This document shows positions 26,891 through 31,520 of a DNA stretch of 31,520 nucleotides, piece after piece. Numbering within the stretch: position 1 is the stretch's first letter; every line of letters begins with the position of its first letter. The notes under the pieces were generated by a model. That model was not told the origin of the DNA and searched no databases. It saw nothing but the letters and a program-made list of their open reading frames with translations. Source of the DNA: a bacterium (GTDB taxonomy: Bacteria; Hydrothermota; Tepidihabitantia; Tepidihabitantales; Tepidihabitantaceae); NCBI GenBank assembly GCA_046485285.1, contig JAWOHE010000012.1, positions 1 to 31,520 on the forward strand, written 5' to 3'. A program made the translations under genes and the position numbers.

Positions 26891-27265
26891 TCAGACGCGC
26901 CGCTGCTTCGGCGGCCTGCAGCCGTTGTGGGGAATCGGCGTGATGTCCTTGATGGTCAGGATGTCCAGCCCGGCGTTCTGGAGCGAGCGCACCGCCGCCT
27001 CGCGGCCGGGACCGGGACCGTTGACGACGACCTCGAGCTTCCGGACCCCCATCGCGACCGCCTCCTTCGCGACGGCCTCGGCGCAGACGCCGGCCGCGTA
27101 GGGCGTGCCCTTCTTGGCACCCTTGAACCCGACCCGGCCCGCGGTCGACCAGCACAGGACCGCGCCGGTCGGGTCGGCGATCGTCACGAGGGTATTGTTG
27201 AAGTTGGTGTTGACGTGGGCGACGCAGACGGCCGGGACGCGCCTCTTGACTACCCGCCTTGCCAT
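26891..27265 (-). CDS. rpsK: 30S ribosomal protein S11
   Basis: [43 protein letters not shown]. Confidence 0.98.
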   Translation of the reverse strand: MARRVVKRRVPAVCVAHVNTNFNNTLVTIADPTGAVLCWSTAGRVGFKGAKKGTPYAAGVCAEAVAKEAVAMGVRKLEVVVNGPGPGREAAVRSLQNAGLDILTIKDITPIPHNGCRPPKQRRV

Positions 27266-27267
27266 CG

Positions 27268-27645
27268 CTACTCCTTGGCCTTCTTCTGCGCGCCGGTCGT
27301 CTTCCGCGGTCCCTTGCGGGTCCGGGCGTTGGTCCGGGTGCGCTGGCCGCGGACCGGCAGGCGGGTCCGGTGACGGGCACCGCGGTAGCTGCCGATCTCG
27401 ATGTAGCGCTTGATGTTCGCCGATATCTCGGCGCGCAACTCGCCCTCGACCGTGTGATTGTTCTCGATCTCGTGCCGGATGCCGGCGACCTCGTCCTCGG
27501 TCAGGTCCTTGACCTTGCGGTCCGGGTCGACCTTGACCGCGGCGAGAATCTGGCGGGCGGTATGCGGCCCGATCCCGTAAATCCCGGGCAGGGCGTACAG
27601 AACCTTCTTCTTGTCGGGCAAATCAATACCAGCGATACGAGCCAA
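27268..27645 (-). CDS. rpsM: 30S ribosomal protein S13
   Basis: [34 protein letters not shown] start after AGGAGG. Confidence 0.98.
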   Translation of the reverse strand: MARIAGIDLPDKKKVLYALPGIYGIGPHTARQILAAVKVDPDRKVKDLTEDEVAGIRHEIENNHTVEGELRAEISANIKRYIEIGSYRGARHRTRLPVRGQRTRTNARTRKGPRKTTGAQKKAKE

Positions 27646-27701
27646 TCAGACCTCCTGACTTACTGAACCAGTGGTTGGCAGGCTATCTGCCTGAGGTGTA
27701 A

Positions 27702-27729
27702 GTTATAGTGGATTTGCCGGTGATGTCAA
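27702..27729 (-). promoter_or_regulatory. Alpha-operon promoter TTGACA-16-TATAAC
   Basis: tgtcaa 27724-27729, gttata 27702-27707. Confidence 0.7.
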
Positions 27730-27763
27730 GCCGGACCCCGGCCCGCCCCGGTCGCGAAAACGG

Positions 27764-27791
27764 TTGCCCTCGTCCCGGCCCGGCCTAGAAT
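27764..27791 (+). promoter_or_regulatory. Promoter TTGCCC-16-TAGAAT, ATG 7 nt downstream (leaderless)
   Basis: TTGCCC 27764-27769, TAGAAT 27786-27791, ATG 27799, no SD. Confidence 0.65.
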
Positions 27792-27798
27792 CCTCCCG

Positions 27799-29658
27799 AT
27801 GAAGGCGCATCACGACGTCATCGTCGTCGGGGCCGGCCACGCCGGCTGCGAGGCCGCCGCCGCCGCGGCCCGGCTCGGCTGCTCGACCCTGCTGCTGACC
27901 GCAAGCCTCGACGCGATCGCGCTCCTCTCCTGCAACCCCGCGGTCGGCGGCATCGGCAAGAGCCAGCTCGTCCGGGAACTCGATGCCCTCGGCGGGCTGA
28001 TGGCGCGGGCCGCCGACGCCGCCGGCATCCACTTCCGACGGCTCAACACCAGCAAGGGCAAGGCGGTCCAGGCCACCCGGGTCCAGGTCGACCGCGACGG
28101 CTACCGCGAGGCGGTCCGCCGCCTGCTCACCGCCATCCCCGGCCTCGACTTCGCCCAGGGAATGGCCCGCGCGGTCATCGTCCGCCGCGGCCGGGCCGCC
28201 GGCGTCGTCACCGAACTCGGCGAGGAATTCCGCGCCCGGGCGGTCGTCCTCGCGCCGGGCACCTTCCTCGACGGACTCGTCCACGTCGGGCTCGAACACT
28301 GGCCGGCCGGCCGCATCGGCGAGGCGCCCGCCGCCGGCCTGCGCGCGAACCTCGCCGCGCTCGGCTTCGAGCTCGGCCGGTTCAAGACCGGCACCCCGCC
28401 CCGGCTCGACCGGCGCACGCTCGACTGCGGCCGGATGACCGAACAGCCCGGCGACGAACCGCCCAACCCGCTCTCGCTCTGGACCCGGGACCCGGTCCGC
28501 AACCGGGCCTCCTGCTGGCTGACCTACACCAACCACCGCACCCACCGGGTCGTCCGCAACGGCCTCCCCCGCTCGCCGCTCTACTCCGGGGTCATCCGCG
28601 CCACCGGCGTCCGCTACTGCCCCTCAATCGAAGACAAGGTCGTCAAGTTCGGCCACCACCCCCGGCACCAGGTCTTCATCGAGCCCGAGGGCGCGGACTC
28701 GGTCGAGGCCTACCCCAACGGCGTCTCGACCAGCCTGCCGGTCGACCTCCAGCTCCGGATGCTCCGGACGATTCCCGGCCTCGAGCGCTGCCGCATCACC
28801 CGCCCCGGCTACGCCATCGAGCACGACTACGCCCCGCCGACCCAGGTCCACCCCACGCTCGAGACCCGCCGCCTGCCCGGCCTCTTCTTCGCCGGCCAGC
28901 TCAACGGCACCACCGGCTACGAAGAGGCCGCCGCCCAGGGCCTCGTCGCCGGGCTCAACGCCGCCCGCCTCGCCCGGCGCGAGGAACCGGTCGCGCTCCC
29001 CCGGGCCGAATCCTGCATCGGCGTGATGCTCGACGACCTCACGACCCGCGGCACCGACGAACCCTACCGGATGCTCTCGGCCCGGGTCGAATTCCGGCTC
29101 TCACTGCGCGAGGACAACGCCGACTTCCGGCTCGGCCCGCTCGCCGAACGGCTCGGGCTCCTCGACCCGGACCAGGCCGCGCTCCTCGCCCGGCGCCGCC
29201 GCCAGCTCAACGCGGCGATGAAATGGCTCAGGACCGCCCGGGTCCGCCCCGGCCGGGCCGCCAGCCGCCGGCTCAGGGCGCTCGGCACCCCGCCGCCCGC
29301 CGAACCGGTCCCGGCCATCGAACTCCTGCGCCGGCCGGAAGTCGGCTGGGCCGACCTCGTCGCGCTCGCCGGTCCCGGGCCGGACGTCGAGCCCGGCATC
29401 GGCGACCTCGTCGAAATCGAGACCAGGTACGAAGGCTACATCGCCCGCGAGCACCGGCGCCAGTACGACTCGCTCGAACTCGAGGCCCTGCGCCTGCCCG
29501 CGAAACTCGACTACGGCCGCATCAACGGGCTCTCGGCCGAAGTGCGCGAAAAACTCACCCGCCTCCGCCCCGCGACCATCGCCCGCGCGCGCAGCATCCC
29601 GGGCATGACCCCGGTCGCGGTCTTCGCGCTCATCGCCTTCCTGAAAGCGAAACGCTGA
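27799..29658 (+). CDS. mnmG: tRNA uridine-5-carboxymethylaminomethyl(34) synthesis enzyme MnmG (GidA)
   Basis: VVGAGHAGCEAA, SCNPAVGG, FKTGTPPRL, RYCPSIEDK, GQLNGTTGYEEAAAQG. Confidence 0.98.
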   Translation: MKAHHDVIVVGAGHAGCEAAAAAARLGCSTLLLTASLDAIALLSCNPAVGGIGKSQLVRELDALGGLMARAADAAGIHFRRLNTSKGKAVQATRVQVDRDGYREAVRRLLTAIPGLDFAQGMARAVIVRRGRAAGVVTELGEEFRARAVVLAPGTFLDGLVHVGLEHWPAGRIGEAPAAGLRANLAALGFELGRFKTGTPPRLDRRTLDCGRMTEQPGDEPPNPLSLWTRDPVRNRASCWLTYTNHRTHRVVRNGLPRSPLYSGVIRATGVRYCPSIEDKVVKFGHHPRHQVFIEPEGADSVEAYPNGVSTSLPVDLQLRMLRTIPGLERCRITRPGYAIEHDYAPPTQVHPTLETRRLPGLFFAGQLNGTTGYEEAAAQGLVAGLNAARLARREEPVALPRAESCIGVMLDDLTTRGTDEPYRMLSARVEFRLSLREDNADFRLGPLAERLGLLDPDQAALLARRRRQLNAAMKWLRTARVRPGRAASRRLRALGTPPPAEPVPAIELLRRPEVGWADLVALAGPGPDVEPGIGDLVEIETRYEGYIAREHRRQYDSLELEALRLPAKLDYGRINGLSAEVREKLTRLRPATIARARSIPGMTPVAVFALIAFLKAKR

Positions 29659-29706
29659 CGTGGCGACAACGGACCCCGGCTCGGCCCCGCCGGCCGGCTA
29701 CCCACG

Positions 29707-30381
29707 ATGACTCCTGACGCCGCCCGCGCGCTCGTCGACGGCGTCTGCCGCGAACACCGCGCCGCGGCCTGGGGCGCGACGCCCATCGACCGCCTGCCTG
29801 CCGACGACTTCCTGCTCCCGGCCGGCACCATCGCCCGCCACCCGTACGCGATCAGCGCCGCCCTGCCGCTCCTGCCCGCGGTCCTCGCCACCCTCACCGA
29901 CCGCCCCAACCACCTCTACGAACACCACTACCGCCAGGCCAACTTCGCGCTCGACCGGCTCGGGCTCGCCCTCGCCCGCGCGGTCCAGGACGCGGGCCTC
30001 TCCGCCCTGCCGATTCCCGCCTCGCAAATCGTCGACTGGCAACGCCAGCGCGGCCACCTCTCCCACAAACGGGTCGCGGTCGCGGCCGGGCTCGGCTGGC
30101 TCGGCCGCAACAACCTCCTCGTCACCCCCCGCCACGGCGCCCAGGTCCGGCTCGTCACCGTCCTCACCGACCTGCCCCTGCCCCCACCCGGGCCGCCGGC
30201 CGGCGACTGCGGCGACTGCCGCGCCTGCCTCGCCGCCTGCCCCTGCGGCGCCATCCGCGACACCGCCGCCGAATTCGACCACCGCGCCTGCTACGAACAA
30301 CTCCGGGAATTCCAGCGCCGGCGCGACGCCAGCCAGTACATCTGCGGCCTCTGCGTCAAAGCCTGCCCGGGCCGGTCCTGA
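29707..30381 (+). CDS. Epoxyqueuosine reductase (QueG)/reductive-dehalogenase-like 4Fe-4S protein, short form
   Basis: SHKRVAVAAGLGWLGRNNLLVTP..G..VRLVTVLTD, CGDCRACLAACP, CGLCVKACP. Confidence 0.85.
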   Translation: MTPDAARALVDGVCREHRAAAWGATPIDRLPADDFLLPAGTIARHPYAISAALPLLPAVLATLTDRPNHLYEHHYRQANFALDRLGLALARAVQDAGLSALPIPASQIVDWQRQRGHLSHKRVAVAAGLGWLGRNNLLVTPRHGAQVRLVTVLTDLPLPPPGPPAGDCGDCRACLAACPCGAIRDTAAEFDHRACYEQLREFQRRRDASQYICGLCVKACPGRS

Positions 30382-30411
30382 CCCGCGAACCGGACCGGAC
30401 ACAAAGGACCC

Positions 30412-31446
30412 ATGGGCCCTGCCATCCTGACCCACGGCCCCCCGCCCGTCATTTCGACCGCAGTGGAGAAATCCCTTTCCGGCTTTCTCCCCCTCTCCGC
30501 CTTCGGGCCGTCGACTCCGAAGCCATCCCGGCGGACCGCAATCAGCACCCTTGGGTCCAAGCCTTCGCCGGCAAAGTCGGTCAGGAGCCACCAGCAGGCC
30601 CCGTTTTGGGCATCAAAACGTAAGTCACTCACCGGCCGAGCTTTGACGGCAGGGGGGGATATCCCCGGGGATATCCCCGGGACGGTCCCGGGGGCCGCCC
30701 CGGGGATGGTCCCGGGGACCGCCCCGGGGACCGTTCCGGGGGCCGTCCCGGGAGCCGCTCCGGGGGCCGTCCCGGGGGCCGCCCCGGGGACCGCTCCGGG
30801 GGCCGTCCCGGGAGCCGCTCCGGGGACCGCTCCGGGGGCCGCTCCGGGGGCCGTCCCGGGGACCGCTCCCGGGACCGCTCCCGGGACCGCTCCGGGGGTG
30901 CGGTGGGGGATAGGGGTGTCGTCCGGCTTCTCCGGTAGGTTCGAGGCAGGCAGGAGCGCTCCGGGGGGTATACCCGGGGATATCCCCGGGACGGTTCCCG
31001 GGGCCGTCCCGGGGACCGTCCGGGAGGCCGCTCCCGGGGCCGCTAGGGGAACCGCTCCTGGGGATATCGGGGGGACGGTTCCCGGGGCCGTCCCGGGAGC
31101 CGCTACCGGGGCCGTCCCGGAGGCCGCCCCGGGGGCCGCTAGGGGAGGCGTCCCCGGGGCCGCTAGGGGAAGGCAGGTGGGGGTGGGGGTCCGGACGGGG
31201 TCAGGACGCGGGTCACACTCCATTGTCTTGACATCGGTGACGCTCTTCTGCCGGCGGCCGGCACCCGTGCTCCTGCCTGTCAGGCCCGACCGCCGTCCTT
31301 CCGCAATCAGCGTCTTCGGCCTCGCCCGCCGCGTCCTCGACCGCGCCATCGCCGAAGGCAAGGCCCCGGACTCGCTCCGCCAAGACCTCGACCGCTGGCT
31401 CGCCGGACCCGGCCGGCCCGGCCATCCGGCCCAGGTTGACAGGTAG
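30412..31446 (+). CDS. Doubtful low-complexity ORF spanning the arrays; only the last ~45 codons look like real protein
   Basis: Open frame of 344 codons mirrored by an equally open minus-strand frame; tail SVFGLARRVLDRAIAEGKAPDSLRQDLDRWLAG has the C-ending codon bias of neighbouring real genes. Confidence 0.25.
   Translation: MGPAILTHGPPPVISTAVEKSLSGFLPLSAFGPSTPKPSRRTAISTLGSKPSPAKSVRSHQQAPFWASKRKSLTGRALTAGGDIPGDIPGTVPGAAPGMVPGTAPGTVPGAVPGAAPGAVPGAAPGTAPGAVPGAAPGTAPGAAPGAVPGTAPGTAPGTAPGVRWGIGVSSGFSGRFEAGRSAPGGIPGDIPGTVPGAVPGTVREAAPGAARGTAPGDIGGTVPGAVPGAATGAVPEAAPGAARGGVPGAARGRQVGVGVRTGSGRGSHSIVLTSVTLFCRRPAPVLLPVRPDRRPSAISVFGLARRVLDRAIAEGKAPDSLRQDLDRWLAGPGRPGHPAQVDR
30448..30473 (+). repeat. 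Possible single REP/RPE-like short palindromic element (GTCATTTCGACCGCAGTGGAGAAATC)
   Basis: ATTTC...GAAAT internal inverted repeat after a GTC(A) 5' end; resembles from memory short interspersed palindromes of Bacteroidota; only one copy in the window. Confidence 0.4.
30655..30894. repeat. Tandem array A: 20 degenerate 12-bp units (consensus ~GGG RCC GYY CCG)
   Basis: Counted from the in-frame translation GDIP GDIP GTVP GAAP ... GTAP; begins with the perfect palindrome GGGGATATCCCC. Confidence 0.92.
30964..31167. repeat. Tandem array B: 17 more-diverged 12-bp units of the same family
   Basis: GGIP GDIP GTVP GAVP GTVR EAAP GAAR ...; same opening order as array A; separated from A by 69 bp. 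Confidence 0.88.
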
Positions 31447-31463
31447 AAACCAGCCGGCACAAT
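31436..31463 (+). promoter_or_regulatory. Promoter TTGACA-16-CACAAT, GTG 6 nt downstream
   Basis: TTGACA 31436-31441, CACAAT 31458-31463, GTG 31470. Confidence 0.6.
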
Positions 31464-31469
31464 CAGGAC

Positions 31470-31520
31470 GTGAGAGAGACGCGCGCACTTCCGCTCTTCG
31501 GAATGCCGCCCGTCGCAGCC
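31470..31520 (+). CDS. 5' end of a possible gene running off the window (MRETRALPLFGMPPVAA...)
   Basis: Open to the window end; positioned as a leaderless start behind the promoter. Too short to identify. Confidence 0.35.
   Translation, partial: MRETRALPLFGMPPVAA

Noticed and set aside
27660-27790. oriC next to mnmG
   Set aside because: No TTATCCACA-like boxes or AT-rich unwinding element; the AT-rich bits are promoter hexamers.
30655-31167. CRISPR array
   Set aside because: 12-bp contiguous units with no unique spacers and no cas genes.
31228-31256. TTGACA at 31228 as a promoter
   Set aside because: No -10-like hexamer 16-18 bp downstream.
30291-31460. 389-aa minus-strand ORF as a real gene
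   Set aside because: Overlaps the queG-like gene and the 31436 promoter; openness follows from the stop-free symmetric repeat; no SD or promoter.
1-31520. tRNA, rRNA, riboswitch, IS/transposase, integrase, selenocysteine read-through
   Set aside because: No recognisable sequence or motif; intergenic gaps are short and explained by promoters, and TGA stops fall at expected protein ends. A covariance-model search was not possible.

Overview
High-GC bacterial chromosomal segment, densely coding, with no tRNA/rRNA, CRISPR array, transposase or phage gene that I can see. Gene content (secreted proteins with Ig-like C-terminal sorting-type domains, HhH/beta-barrel pair, anaerobic 2-oxoacid:ferredoxin oxidoreductase) suggests an anaerobic FCB-superphylum organism such as candidate phylum WOR-3 (inference only). 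Left to right: a junction of two 5'-truncated genes at ~383; GT39 glycosyltransferase - DASS transporter - Zn-finger protein; a Fur/Zur-family regulator with its own palindromic operator and a His-rich membrane protein; kelch protein; pepA; nucleoside deaminase; stand-alone JAMM/MPN protease; SIMPL; korDABC; sucCD; a three-gene acyl-CoA dehydratase/activase module; a 14-gene minus-strand run starting with the alpha operon (rpsM-rpsK-rpsD-rpoA-rplQ-panD-half glmU-LytR_C-rsfS-PTS IIA-Zn ribbon-barrel-HhH barrel-PHP); mnmG; QueG-like Fe-S protein; and a bipartite array of 37 quasi-palindromic 12-bp repeats. Most notable: (i) 12 of 13 recognisable sigma70-type promoters have a 16-bp rather than 17-bp spacer, about half drive apparently leaderless mRNAs, and RpoA has a basic insertion in its CTD; (ii) a candidate new Zur/Fur-controlled metal transporter; (iii) the strand-symmetric 12-mer array. 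All calls are by eye, without database searches.
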